Shown one piece after another: positions 1 through 10,800 of a DNA stretch of 64,000 nucleotides. This stretch comes from an uncultured Flavobacteriaceae bacterium. GTDB taxonomy: Bacteria > Bacteroidota > Bacteroidia > Flavobacteriales > Flavobacteriaceae. Positions within the stretch are counted from its first letter, which is position 1. Each line of letters begins with the position of its first letter. A model generated the notes under the pieces. That model was given only the letters and a program-made list of their open reading frames with translations. It ran no database searches and was not told where the DNA came from. The stretch spans positions 103,395-167,394 of the forward strand of contig CALSTH010000003.1 of assembly GCA_943789225.1 (NCBI GenBank), in the 5' to 3' direction. The position numbers and the translations under genes were made by a program.

Positions 1-369
1 ATGACAAGAAATGGGTTTTTGAAAATCTATGGCCCCTTGCTGATGGGCTTTTTCTATACCACAAGAAGCTGTTCCATTTTCAGAAAAAACCGTGTAAGCA
101 CATTCTTTTCCCTTCACCAGAGGAGTTTCAAAATCTCCATCCAGTCCCTTGACAAAGACCCCCTGCTCTTCAATAGCCTGTGTGCCTTTGTCATTTAAAT
201 ACGGTTTGATCTTGGGATAGTTTTTTTGAAGAAAAACAACTTCTTCTTTTTCCAAAGGTGCGCCCGCCTCACCTTCCACACAACATGCGCCTTTGCATTT
301 GGCGATATTACAAACAAATTCTTTGGAAATTAGGTCGTCTGAGACTAGGGTATTTTCTATGGAAATCAC
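1..369 (-). CDS. DUF3109-family Cys-rich protein, N-terminal part (C-terminus lies beyond the window start)
   Basis: Not in the supplied ORF track (no stop in window). The reverse frame from 369 reads (GTG)ISIENTLVSDDLISKEFVCNIAKCKGACCVEGEAGAPLEKEEV...GIEKAHQQGAIDFQKPISCH with no stops. An in-frame TAA lies 4 codons upstream, so GTG 367-369 is the first possible start. The Cys pattern matches my recollection of DUF3109. Confidence 0.7.
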   Translation of the reverse strand, partial: MISIENTLVSDDLISKEFVCNIAKCKGACCVEGEAGAPLEKEEVVFLQKNYPKIKPYLNDKGTQAIEEQGVFVKGLDGDFETPLVKGKECAYTVFSENGTASCGIEKAHQQGAIDFQKPISCH

Positions 370-448
370 GCTCTTTTTTTGTTAAAAATAAACATTTTAA
401 AAGCGATGATTCAAAGAATGGACTTAGATTTGTAAAAAGTTTGGAGCT

Positions 449-1018
449 GTGTTTAATTTCAAAGAAGTCCTTACCGCTAGTGTCGTATTGTTTGCCGTAA
501 TCGATATCATTGGCAACATTCCTCTAATCATCTCATTGAGAGAAAAAGTGGGCCATATCCAGTCCGAAAAAGCCTCCCTTATTGCTGCGGTAATCATGAT
601 TGGATTTTTGTTTTTAGGAGATGAAATTTTAAAACTTATTGGAATTGACATCAATTCTTTTGCCGTAGCAGGTTCTTTGGTTATCCTTTTTTTAGCATTA
701 GAAATGATTCTTGGCGTGCATCTGTTTCGAGACGAAGCTCCGGAAACTGCTTCGATAGTACCCCTTGCTTTCCCCATGATTGCAGGAGCAGGAACCATGA
801 CTTCCTTACTCTCTCTTCGTGCAGAATATCATGTGCTGAACATCATTATCGCGATTCTGATCAATATCCTCTTTGTCTATGTCATTTTAAAATCCTCCAA
901 ATACATCGGAAATAAATTGGGAAAATCGGGAATCAATATCATTCGAAAAGTTTTTGGAATTATTCTTTTAGCAATTGCAGTAAAGCTTTTTACTACAAAT
1001 ATTGGTCAACTTATTTAA
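449..1018 (+). CDS. MarC-family (UPF0056) integral membrane protein
   Basis: 189 aa, multi-TM, GTG start. N-terminal VIDIIGNIPLIISL and PLAFPMIAGAG motifs are typical of MarC. Confidence 0.85.
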   Translation: MFNFKEVLTASVVLFAVIDIIGNIPLIISLREKVGHIQSEKASLIAAVIMIGFLFLGDEILKLIGIDINSFAVAGSLVILFLALEMILGVHLFRDEAPETASIVPLAFPMIAGAGTMTSLLSLRAEYHVLNIIIAILINILFVYVILKSSKYIGNKLGKSGINIIRKVFGIILLAIAVKLFTTNIGQLI

Positions 1019-1032
1019 TACCCTTTAAAACT

Positions 1033-1230
1033 ATGAAAATTGCACTTCCTCTATTCATGATTCTCGCTCTGGGCATGTGCGTGTTTAATCTGATTCAAAT
1101 TGATTGGAACAATCCGTTGGGTGAAAAAAGCAGTGTGGCTGTCATTGGAGTACTGGCCTCAGCCAGTTCTTTTCTGTTACTTTTACTTTTAATGCTTTCA
1201 AAAAAAATTGCACAGAAGCTGAAAAAATAA
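1033..1230 (+). CDS. small hypothetical membrane protein (2 predicted TM)
   Basis: 65-aa ORF 14 nt after marC-like stop, with two hydrophobic stretches and a basic tail. No family recognised. Confidence 0.45.
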   Translation: MKIALPLFMILALGMCVFNLIQIDWNNPLGEKSSVAVIGVLASASSFLLLLLLMLSKKIAQKLKK

Positions 1231-1231
1231 G

Positions 1232-2821
1232 CTAACGCTTGGCGATCTCATCAAGGGCTCTGAGAATAAAAGGATCCGTTTGATTGATTATTCGGATGTA
1301 CATGTTTTCGTTAAAACGTTGCAGGGCGATAAATGCTTTTATGGAGTTTAAAATCCGTGTCTCATTTTCTGGTGTTACTTCAACAGGAAGACTGTTTGAT
1401 TTACAAAACACTTTAAAGGCAGCAATAAATTCTTCAGGATAAGGCAACTCTTCGTTGAAGAATTGAGGTGCGTTGTCGAAATCAAATTTTTTGTAGTGTT
1501 TGTCCAATTCTAAAAACACAAACAGATCAATCAGATTAGAGCTAATCAAGTAACTGTTCCAGGCCTCTTCGGGACTGTCTTCATTTGCAATATAAATATC
1601 AGGAGTGATTCCTCCCCCACCGTACACGGTTCTTCCTTTGGGAGTTTTAAAAATCAAACTGTCATTGACTGGAATTTTTGTAGGATCTCCCATCTCACCC
1701 GTTTGATAGCGTTGGCGAACCTCTGCGTAATAATCCGATCGACTGGAAGAGTCATAGGGTCTTTGTATGGATCGTCCCGTAGGAGTGTAGTATCGGGCTG
1801 TAGTGAGCCGAACCTGATCTCCCTGTCCCAAAGGAAGCTGTTGTTGCACCAACCCTTTACCAAAAGTGCGACGTCCCATAATAAGTCCACGGTCGTTATC
1901 TTGAACGGCTCCGGCAATAACCTCACTGGCAGAGGCTGAATCTTCATCCACCAAAACAAAAAGGCTGCCTCGTTCGAAGAGTCCTTGGGAGGAAGAAACC
2001 GTACGTTCTCTTTTTCCGTTGTTGCCTTCCACGATCACAATGGGTTTTGATGCTTCTAAAAAGTCATCTGCAATTTGCTTAGCGGGGAGCAAATAGCCCC
2101 CTGGATTGCCTCTCAAATCTAAAATAAGATCGTTCATCTGTTGCTCGAGCAATGAGGTCAAAGAGTTCTGAAACTCGGAATAGGTGGTTTGGGAAAAACG
2201 ATTGATCTTGATGTAGCCTGTGTTTTGATCGATCATGTACGCGCTGCTGACGCTAGGAAGCGGAACAGGTCCTCGGAGAATATCGAACGTGTAGATCAAA
2301 TCTTGTTTTTTCCGATAAACAGTCAAACGAACTGGAGTGGAAGAATTGCCCTTCAGTCTTCCTACAATTTGATCGTTTTGCAATTCTTTCGAATAAAGCG
2401 TGTCTTGGTCTGCCATCAGAATACGATCCCCAGACTTTAACCCGGCTCTTTCGCTAGGCCCTCCTTCTAAGACTCTACTTACCGAAATCGTGTCTCGGAT
2501 CATGCGAAACTGCACCCCAATACCTTCAAAATTTCCTTTCATACTCTCGGCTAGGGATTCATTTTGAACCGCTGGAATATAAACGGAATGAGGATCCAGT
2601 TCATCTACAATATCTTCGATTACCACACGGACTAAACTGTCGGCATTGATTTTATCAACATAGTCCTGAGTCAGGTAAGTCATCAAACGATTTAATTTGG
2701 TAATGCTCGGATGGGCTGCATTTTTCGCTACTACTTTGGGGCTAAAATTCGACCCAAAAAGATACCCGATGGCTGCAGAAAGCACCACAATTAGAAACAG
2801 AAAAATAGTATTTCTTTTCAT
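1232..2821 (-). CDS. S41 carboxy-terminal processing peptidase
   Basis: 529 aa. N-terminal TM, PDZ-like GDRILMADQD, catalytic region SASASEVIAGA...TFGKGLVQQ. Confidence 0.9.
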   Translation of the reverse strand: MKRNTIFLFLIVVLSAAIGYLFGSNFSPKVVAKNAAHPSITKLNRLMTYLTQDYVDKINADSLVRVVIEDIVDELDPHSVYIPAVQNESLAESMKGNFEGIGVQFRMIRDTISVSRVLEGGPSERAGLKSGDRILMADQDTLYSKELQNDQIVGRLKGNSSTPVRLTVYRKKQDLIYTFDILRGPVPLPSVSSAYMIDQNTGYIKINRFSQTTYSEFQNSLTSLLEQQMNDLILDLRGNPGGYLLPAKQIADDFLEASKPIVIVEGNNGKRERTVSSSQGLFERGSLFVLVDEDSASASEVIAGAVQDNDRGLIMGRRTFGKGLVQQQLPLGQGDQVRLTTARYYTPTGRSIQRPYDSSSRSDYYAEVRQRYQTGEMGDPTKIPVNDSLIFKTPKGRTVYGGGGITPDIYIANEDSPEEAWNSYLISSNLIDLFVFLELDKHYKKFDFDNAPQFFNEELPYPEEFIAAFKVFCKSNSLPVEVTPENETRILNSIKAFIALQRFNENMYIRIINQTDPFILRALDEIAKR

Positions 2822-3255
2822 ACGAGTTTGGTTTCATCTGGAAGGTGCTGTAATGCCACTCCGGCTTTTTTCAAAAAGTCTAAGCCCGTCACATCTTTGT
2901 ACGCTCTGGAGTAAACCACCCTTACGATACCGGATTGATGTATCAACTTACTGCATTCTTTACAAGGAGAAAGGGTGATGTACAATGTTGCCCCCTTACA
3001 GGACTGTGTGGAGGCGGCTACTTTTAGGATTGCGTTGGCCTCTGCATGAAGTACGTACCATTTGGTGTAATGGTCCTCATCTTCACAAACATTTTCAAAT
3101 CCCGAGGGCGTGCCGTTGTACCCATCCGAGATGATCATACGATCTTTAACAATGAGTGCACCCACCTTTTTTCTTTCACAGTAAGAGAGTTGCCCCCATG
3201 TTTCTGCCATCTTAAGATAGGCGCTGTCGTACTTTAGCTGTTTCTCTTTCCCCAT
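2818..3255 (-). CDS. dCMP (deoxycytidylate) deaminase
   Basis: HAEANAI and PCKECSKLI zinc motifs. I prefer ATG at 3255 over the GTG at 3261. 4-nt overlap with the downstream peptidase start. Confidence 0.85.
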   Translation of the reverse strand: MGKEKQLKYDSAYLKMAETWGQLSYCERKKVGALIVKDRMIISDGYNGTPSGFENVCEDEDHYTKWYVLHAEANAILKVAASTQSCKGATLYITLSPCKECSKLIHQSGIVRVVYSRAYKDVTGLDFLKKAGVALQHLPDETKLV

Positions 3256-3290
3256 TGTCACGAAGATAGTATTTCGGTTTTAATATCATT

Positions 3291-3869
3291 TTAAATTCGT
3301 TCAAAAATCATTCCCAGGGCTTGGGACAAAATTAAGGCTCCTACCAAAAACTCCCATTTGCTTTTAGATTGTCTTAAAATTTGAACAACTATAAAGCTCA
3401 ATAAAAGAACTGCAATAACAATTGCGATTTGAGCCAGCTCCACCCCTAATGCAAAAGAAAAAAGGGAAAACCCAACCTCGTCTTCTGGAATCAACATCTT
3501 AAAATACCTTCCAAAACCCAAACCGTGAATCACACCAAAGACCACCGTGATACCAGGAAAAAAATAGGCTTTGTTTAAAATGCGATCGTGTTGTTTTGGG
3601 AAAAATAAAGTTATCGCATTCAAGGCAATCGTAGTAGGTATAAGCAGTTCAACCCAGTAGGGTGAAAAGGAAATTTCTGCATAAAAATTCCCTACTAAAG
3701 ACAGGGTGTGTCCCAAGGTAAAGAGCGTTACCCACCACAGTAGTTTTTTGCTTTCTTTAAAAGCAAAAGGCATTGCCAAGGTAATGATGAAATAAAAGTG
3801 GTCCAAGCCCTCCCAGTCCACCACATGCCAAAACCCTAGCTCAGTGTAAAACCAAAGTGTCTCGATCAT
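3291..3869 (-). CDS. HupE/UreJ-family membrane protein
   Basis: 192 aa, about 6 TM, His-rich N-terminal segment (WHVVDWEGLDH). Resembles HupE/UreJ from memory. Confidence 0.7.
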   Translation of the reverse strand: MIETLWFYTELGFWHVVDWEGLDHFYFIITLAMPFAFKESKKLLWWVTLFTLGHTLSLVGNFYAEISFSPYWVELLIPTTIALNAITLFFPKQHDRILNKAYFFPGITVVFGVIHGLGFGRYFKMLIPEDEVGFSLFSFALGVELAQIAIVIAVLLLSFIVVQILRQSKSKWEFLVGALILSQALGMIFERI

Positions 3870-4588
3870 AGTCCTCTTTCTTTTTGAATGGTTTCATAGG
3901 CCTTTTGAACCTCTTGAAATTTTTCTTGAGCCCCTTTGATCAGGGCAGAGTCTTGAGACTGCAATTTGTCAGGATGGTATTTTTTAGCCATTTCCCGGTA
4001 CGCTTTTTTCACTTCCGCATCAGTAGCATTTGGAGTTATTTCTAAAATCTTATAGGCACTGTCTGTCTCTTGAAAAAACATAGCCTTGATGCTCTCAAAA
4101 TCGGTAGCCCGCAGGCCCAGCGCAGCCGCAATCTGGCTGATCTTATCGAGTTCAGATTGGGCTACATTCCCATCTGCGTTGGCTACACCAAATAAAAAAT
4201 GTAGCACCTGTAAACGGGTTTCATAAGGAGTGCGGGATACAAATACACGTGCCAAATCTGCAACATTTTGCGCCTCTTTTTTTATTTGTTCATTAAAGGT
4301 TTCAAAAATCATGGTGGCTTGTTCTTTTCCATAATTTGTAATAAAAAAGTTTCTTACAAACTGTAATTCTTGTGCCTTTACCACCCCATCGGCTTTAATA
4401 ACCGTAGCTGCTAATGCCAAGAGATTCAATTGTAAACTTCCCGGTTGGGTGGTTGAGAAGCGTGTCCGGAAAGTTGTACGTGTCCCGCTGTTGAGTTGAT
4501 CGATCATACCCCCGATAAAAAACCCTAACAAGGCACCCGGAAATCGAAACAGGTAGTATCCTACAAATGCTGCAACCCATTTAATCAT
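3866..4588 (-). CDS. DnaJ-domain co-chaperone with TerB-like domain (DjlA-like)
   Basis: N-terminal TM, central tellurite-resistance-like region, C-terminal J domain (KKAYREMAKKYHPDK). 4-nt overlap with next gene. Confidence 0.75.
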   Translation of the reverse strand: MIKWVAAFVGYYLFRFPGALLGFFIGGMIDQLNSGTRTTFRTRFSTTQPGSLQLNLLALAATVIKADGVVKAQELQFVRNFFITNYGKEQATMIFETFNEQIKKEAQNVADLARVFVSRTPYETRLQVLHFLFGVANADGNVAQSELDKISQIAAALGLRATDFESIKAMFFQETDSAYKILEITPNATDAEVKKAYREMAKKYHPDKLQSQDSALIKGAQEKFQEVQKAYETIQKERGL

Positions 4589-4687
4589 TGCTTTCTTTTT
4601 CTAAATTTTTACAAATTTGACAAATAAATTCGGCCCCGCAAAACCATTAAGATTCCTTTAATTTATATCTTTGAAAAAAATAAAATT

Positions 4688-5098
4688 ATGTATCCTGCTG
4701 AATTAGTAAAACCCATGCGCGAAGAGTTGACCCAGATCGGATTTGAAGAGTTGGCTACCTCAGAAGACGTTACCCAAGCATTAGCAAAATCAGGCACCAC
4801 ACTAGTAGTGGTCAATTCCATCTGCGGTTGTGCTGCAGCCAATGCTCGGCCTGGTGTTCATTTTTCTCTCCAAAACGAGAAAAAACCAGATCATCTTACT
4901 ACCGTCTTTGCAGGTGTAGATACCGAAGCTACAAATACAGCTAGAGATCTCATGGTTCCTTTTCCTCCTTCCTCTCCCAGCATCGCTTTATTTAAAGACG
5001 GTAGTTTGGTCCATATGATCGAAAGGCATCATATCGAGGGGCGCCCTGCAGAACTCATTGCAGAAAACTTGAAAGCAGCCTACAACGACCACTGCTAA
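4688..5098 (+). CDS. BrxA/BrxB-family bacilliredoxin (YphP/YqiW-like)
   Basis: 136 aa. MYPAELVKPMREELT start and CGCAA redox motif are characteristic of the family. Confidence 0.8.
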   Translation: MYPAELVKPMREELTQIGFEELATSEDVTQALAKSGTTLVVVNSICGCAAANARPGVHFSLQNEKKPDHLTTVFAGVDTEATNTARDLMVPFPPSSPSIALFKDGSLVHMIERHHIEGRPAELIAENLKAAYNDHC

Positions 5099-5125
5099 AG
5101 TTCCTTTCACAAAAGAGGTAAGGGG

Positions 5126-5860
5126 ATGAAAAAATATCTGAGTTATCCGCTTAGTTTACTCTTCTATCTTTGCTTTGGTAGTCTCCTTGTATTCTTTCAC
5201 GGTGTCCAATGGATCGCGCTCAATACCATCGGACATACTGCGCAAAAAAAAAGCGTGGATCTATTAAACTTTTTTATTCTTCGTTGTCTTACTCTTTTGG
5301 GAACCCGAATTAAATTTGAATATGAATGCCCCCTACCCGAAAACTGCAGTCTAATTTTTGTAGCCAATCACCAAAGTACCTATGACATCCCTCCCTTAAT
5401 CTGGGAATTGAGAGCGTATCATGCCAAGTTTGTCAGTAAAAAAGAATTGGGGAAAGGGATTCCCAGTGTATCTTTTAACATCCGTCACGGAGGGTCCGTT
5501 ATGATCGATAGAAAAAAACCAAAAGAAGCACTTGAGCTGATCGAATCCTTTGGGGTCCGCCTCGCAAAAAGCAATCATTCTGTGATTATTTTTCCAGAAG
5601 GAACCCGGTCGAAAACGGGGAAGATGAAAAAATTTCATCGCTCGGGACTTATCACGTTATTTAAAACCATGCCTCAAGCCAAAATAGTCCCTGTAAGTAT
5701 TCAAAATTCGTGGAAATTTTCAGCTCAAAACTACTTCCCAATGCCACTAGGAAAGAAAATTTTGTTCAAATTTCACAAGGCTCTACCCATTGACAAAAAC
5801 CAAATCGATTCTTTAATTGACCTCATCGAAACGACCATCAAAAAAGAAGTAGAAGCCTAA
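5126..5860 (+). CDS. plsC: 1-acyl-sn-glycerol-3-phosphate acyltransferase
   Basis: NHQSTYD (HX4D) and FPEGTRS acyltransferase motifs, N-terminal TM. Confidence 0.85.
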   Translation: MKKYLSYPLSLLFYLCFGSLLVFFHGVQWIALNTIGHTAQKKSVDLLNFFILRCLTLLGTRIKFEYECPLPENCSLIFVANHQSTYDIPPLIWELRAYHAKFVSKKELGKGIPSVSFNIRHGGSVMIDRKKPKEALELIESFGVRLAKSNHSVIIFPEGTRSKTGKMKKFHRSGLITLFKTMPQAKIVPVSIQNSWKFSAQNYFPMPLGKKILFKFHKALPIDKNQIDSLIDLIETTIKKEVEA

Positions 5861-5862
5861 GA

Positions 5863-7329
5863 TCAGGAACGAGGGAGTGCGATGATAAAGGTAGTTCCTT
5901 TACCCTTTTTGGAAACATAACGGATGGTTCCCTCGTGAGACTTTATTATATTTTTCACAATCCCAAGACCTAGTCCCATTCCAGAGGTTTTGGTTGTAAA
6001 CTTGGGTTCAAAAACCTTATCCTCGATTTCTTTTGGGATACCATTACCATTGTCCATAATGGAGAGTAAGGTCTGATTAGGTTCGGTGGTCAATTGAACG
6101 CCAATTTGAGGAGTCCTCCCTTTAGGAACAGATTGTAGGGCATTTTGAACTAGATTGGTAATCACACGTATCCATTGGGTACGATCTAGATTGTGATAGC
6201 TATGGGCCTGGTCCGAAGAAAAAACAATGTGCTCTTGGTCAAAAATATTGACTGCCATCTGGGTAACTTCGACCAAATCGCAATCTTTCATTTTGGGCTT
6301 GGGGAGGGTTGCGAAATTTGAGAAGGCTTCTGCTACCTCACTCATCGTATCTATTTGTTGAATCAATAAGGTGGAAAAATCATTGAGTTTCTTTTTATTG
6401 TCTGGACCATTTGGATCGTATTGGTGTTGGAAACTTTGAATGGTCAGACGCATGGGGGTCAAGGGATTTTTGATTTCATGGGCTACTTGACGTGCCATTT
6501 CCTGCCAAGCTTGTTGACGTTCCGTCTTGGCCAATTTTTCTGCACTTTCAGCCAAATCATCAATCATTTTATTATATGAATTGACTAAGCTGTCAATCTC
6601 TCGTGTTGCATTGTTTAAATGAATTTTTTCATTCTTTTTTTCCAACCGCATTTTTCCCATTCTCACCTTGATCGTATCTAAAGATCGCGTGACGAATTTG
6701 GACAAGAAATAAGCGATTAAAATTACTCCTACTAAAAGTAAAATATAGATTCGATATAGGTTTTCGATAAAGGTGTTTAGCTCATTTTCTGAAATGGAAA
6801 CGTCCTCAAAATAAGGAAAAAATAAGATTGCATAAGGCGTATTTGAAGTGTCTTTTAATATCTTGTAAGAGGCGTGAAAATTGTCCAATTCCGAGGGATA
6901 GTGTTCAATATAACTCCCTTGTTTTGAAGTGATAATCTTATCGAGTAAGGTGTCATTCAACTCGTAATTATTCGCAATAATTTCTAGAGAAGAATGATAA
7001 ATAAACAACGGCCTCCCATCCAAGGTAAACAAAGAATACTGGACGCTGTGAATGGAGTTGATCTTTTCAAAATCTGTGCTGTACTGCTCCCACACTTGGG
7101 GCGGTTGATTCATCAAGTTGTGTTTCTGAACCAGATAAGCAATATGTCTTTGAATCTGACTTTCTTTTCGTGCCAAACGCCCTAGATGGTAATTTTCTCG
7201 TTGGGATTCGTATTGAATAGTGGTAGTCCCCAGAATCATTAACCCCGCAATAATCAGCATCCCGATCATCACCATAAAAAGTCGAGTTCTGAAAGAAACA
7301 CGTTTCGGAAATTTAAAGGATCGGATCAT
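5863..7329 (-). CDS. sensor histidine kinase (NtrY-like HisKA/HATPase, two TM plus periplasmic domain)
   Basis: AHEIKNPLTPM H-box, N/G boxes (NLVQNALQ, DNGNGIP, GMGLGLG). Start overlaps hemJ stop by 4 nt. No response regulator adjacent. Confidence 0.85.
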   Translation of the reverse strand: MIRSFKFPKRVSFRTRLFMVMIGMLIIAGLMILGTTTIQYESQRENYHLGRLARKESQIQRHIAYLVQKHNLMNQPPQVWEQYSTDFEKINSIHSVQYSLFTLDGRPLFIYHSSLEIIANNYELNDTLLDKIITSKQGSYIEHYPSELDNFHASYKILKDTSNTPYAILFFPYFEDVSISENELNTFIENLYRIYILLLVGVILIAYFLSKFVTRSLDTIKVRMGKMRLEKKNEKIHLNNATREIDSLVNSYNKMIDDLAESAEKLAKTERQQAWQEMARQVAHEIKNPLTPMRLTIQSFQHQYDPNGPDNKKKLNDFSTLLIQQIDTMSEVAEAFSNFATLPKPKMKDCDLVEVTQMAVNIFDQEHIVFSSDQAHSYHNLDRTQWIRVITNLVQNALQSVPKGRTPQIGVQLTTEPNQTLLSIMDNGNGIPKEIEDKVFEPKFTTKTSGMGLGLGIVKNIIKSHEGTIRYVSKKGKGTTFIIALPRS

Positions 7330-7862
7330 TTCTCTTTTCTAGTTTTTTTGTACAATCGAATTCCGAAATACAAAATAATTCCCAAACCCAACAAACCCAA
7401 AAGTCCACCTATCCAATTCAAGCTGTCTTTCAAAATCACTAAAAAAACAATGGCAAAAAGCAACAATGTGGCTCCTTCATTCCAGACGCGCATAAACATA
7501 CTGCTGTAGGAGATTACGTCTTTTTGCAACTTGAGAAACATCTGGTGTGTTTTTACATGATACATCACCAAGAAAACAACAAAAGTGAGTTTCAGGTGCA
7601 TCCAACCTTGCGAAAGCCATGACGGCATCAAAACCAGAAGCCACGCTGCGAACAAAATCGCTAAAATCGCAGAAGGCCAAGTAATAATGTACCAAAGCCT
7701 TCTCGACATCATTTTCAACTGCGGGATGAGAATCGCTGCTTCCTGCTCAGTCTTCTTTGAGGCTTCAATATGATAGATAAAAAGCCGTGGAATATAAAAC
7801 AAGCCCGCAAACCAAGTAATCACAAAAATTAGATGTAATGCCTTGATATAATTGTAATACAA
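7326..7862 (-). CDS. hemJ: protoporphyrinogen IX oxidase HemJ (UPF0093/CopD-like)
   Basis: 178 aa, 4-5 TM. KALHLIFVITWFAGLFYIPRLFIYH signature. TTG start with TAA two codons upstream. Confidence 0.85.
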   Translation of the reverse strand: MYYNYIKALHLIFVITWFAGLFYIPRLFIYHIEASKKTEQEAAILIPQLKMMSRRLWYIITWPSAILAILFAAWLLVLMPSWLSQGWMHLKLTFVVFLVMYHVKTHQMFLKLQKDVISYSSMFMRVWNEGATLLLFAIVFLVILKDSLNWIGGLLGLLGLGIILYFGIRLYKKTRKEK

Positions 7863-7868
7863 TAGGTT

Positions 7869-10800
7869 TTAGTTTAACGTTAGATAGTCTAGATTTAATT
7901 TTGCAAATGCCTCGTTAAAACGCTCCAAATCTTCAGAAATCAACTTGTTGTACTCTGCCAAATGACCTTCTACCAGTGTCGTCATCTCCTTTCGAACCGC
8001 CTCATCTTGGTCGGTCGGTGGGAAGTCATTATTCGTTACCAAACGGTTCAAATGTCCTAATTTATTAGTCAAACGAATAGGGAAATTGAGCGGATCTTGA
8101 TTACTTCTGTTTTTAGTTTGATAGAGCGCTTTTTCAATATCTGAAAGTGAAGTGCTCAATGTTTTTGCATCTTCGATCAATTCACTTACCGATTCATTGT
8201 CTGCATAATTGGATTCAAAATCTTCTAGCTTTTCACGAATCGTTCTGATGTTTTTAATGGCTTTGTGTGCTTCGTCCACCGTTGTATTGACTCGATTTAC
8301 AAAATCAAACTGGGATTTCATTTGTGCCACAGTAATATCAGCACTATGATCCGGTAAGATATTAAAATCGTATTCTTGAGTAGCTCCATTTTTTTCTAGA
8401 ACCACTTTATAGGAACCTGGAACGGCTTTTGCTCCAGAGAAAGAAGCACTCCAGAAAATCATTCCCTCTAAAGTCTCCGCTCCTTCGTATCGGGTGTCCC
8501 ATACAAAAGAATTGCCCCCTGCATTAATTTCAAGTTTATTCTCCTCATCCGCAGTGCTGAAGGTCTTGATCAAGGTGCCGTCTTGCTCTTTGAAATGAAG
8601 AGCTACAGTGTCGTTTTCAGAATCAAACTCTTTTACATTGAAATGTACAATGACTCCGTTGGGCAAATTCGTCCCCTGCGTAAGAGAGGGTTTCCCTCCT
8701 CTTCCCTGGGTACGGTAACTGTCCTTAGGTTGAAACAAAGTCATGGGCTGGCTAGCCGTACTTTGGTCAATTTGATGCAGTACTGTTAAATCATCTAAGA
8801 TCCATATACTGCGTCCTTGTGTAGCTACAATAAGACTGTTCTCTTTGAGAGTCAAATCGGTAATCGGAACAATAGGGAGATTCAACTGGAACGGATTCCA
8901 AGACGCTCCGTCATCATGAGAAATGTACATTCCTGTTTCTGTACCTGCATAGAGAAGTCCTTTTTTGGCAGGATCGGCGCGGAGTACGCGGGTAAAATGT
9001 TCCGAAGGAATTCCATTGGTGATCTGTGTCCAAGTTTTTCCGTAATCTGTGGTTTTGTAGAGGTAGGGTTTGAAATCTCCCGTTTTGTACAAAGTTCCGG
9101 CTACATAAGACACTGAAGGATCAAAAGGAGAAGCGTCTATACTGTTAATCATCAGCCATTTGGGCATGATGGAAGGAGTTACATTCTCCCAGTTTTTCCC
9201 ACCATCCCGAGTCAAATGCAACAATCCATCGTCACTTCCAACCCACATCAAACCTTCTTGTAGAGGAGATTCATCCACCGCAAAAATAGTACAGTAGTAT
9301 TCCACACCTGTATTATCTTGGGTAATGGGTCCCCCCGAAGATTTTAATTTTTCAGGAGCATTCCGTGTCAGGTCAGGACTGATGATTTCCCAACTTTGCC
9401 CTTCGTTTTCAGAAACGTGAACGTGATTGGAAAAGGTGTATAATTTTTTGGGATTGTGTTTGCTGAAATGGATAGGAAAATTCCATTGAAAACGGTATTT
9501 CATTCCTTCTGCACCATAGCCCATTGGATTGTCTGGCCAAACATTGATCCCTCGTTCAGAATTGTTTTTATGATTAACCCGTGTAAGGTAACCCCCGTAA
9601 CTCCCACCGTAAACAATATCGTTGTCTAACGGATCAATAGCGATATGGGCTGACTCTCCCCCTGCGGTAGGCTCCCAATCGTCTTCTGAAATCGCTCTAC
9701 CAGAAGAGCGATGTTTTACTCGTAAGGTCGAGTTGTCTTGTTGTGCCACATAAATCCGATAAGGCGTAGCGTTGTCTGTGGTTACTCTATAAAATTGAGC
9801 CGTGGGTTGGTTGTAATAAGTACTCCAACTCATCCCACCGTTATACGATACTTGAGCACCTCCATCATCACCGATGATCATGCGTTGGTTATCTTCTGGA
9901 GCAATCCACAAATCATGGTGATCCCCGTGAGGCGCATTGCTGCTTTTAAATGTTTTTCCTCCATCTTTGGATTTGTGGTAGGACACATTCATTACATAAA
10001 CAATGTCTTCATCTTGAGTATCCGCGTAAATTTTTGAATAATACCAGGCTCGTTGACGTAACGCTCTACTGTCATTGATGTGACTCCATGAAGCACCCCC
10101 GTCTTCGGAACGATAAATGCCCCCTTCATCTTTATTTTCTACAATGGCCCACACACGTTGTGGATTTACAGGAGATACAGTGACTCCTATGATTCCTAAA
10201 GTCCCTTCAGCAAAACCGTCGTGTACACTCACTTCAGTCCAATTTTCGCCTTGATCCGTACTTTTCCAAAGGGCGGAACCTTCGCCACCACTGTTCAGAC
10301 TGAAGGGTGTTCTGTTTACCCGCCATGTCGCGGCGTAAAGGACTCTAGAGTTTGAAGGGTCCATGACCAATTCAACCGCTCCAGCATTTGCATTGGAAAA
10401 CAAAACTTTTTTCCAAGATTTTCCTCCGTCAATACTTTTATAAACCCCACGTTCTTGGGTAGGTTTATAAATGTTTCCTAAAACAGCGGCATAGACAATG
10501 TTGTGATCGTTTGGATCGATTACGATTCTGGGTACATGGCGCGACTTTGGCAAACCAGAAAACGACCATGTTTTTCCCGCGTCAACCGTTTTCCAAATTC
10601 CGTATCCTGAAGACACATTTCCGCGGACTGTAACTTCACCCCCTCCGACGTAAAGAACGTTAGGATCACTTTTGGCAACTGCAACAGAACCTATACTTCC
10701 ACCAAAATAGCCATCGGAAATATTTTCATAAGTCTGTCCTCCATCTTCGGTCTTCCAGACACCACCTCCTGCGGCACCAAAATAAAACAAATTGGGTTTG

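Noticed and set aside
1-198. 65-aa plus-strand ORF at the window start.
   Set aside because: It is antisense to the DUF3109-like coding frame, which has a conserved Cys pattern. The sequence is low in complexity with no recognisable motifs.
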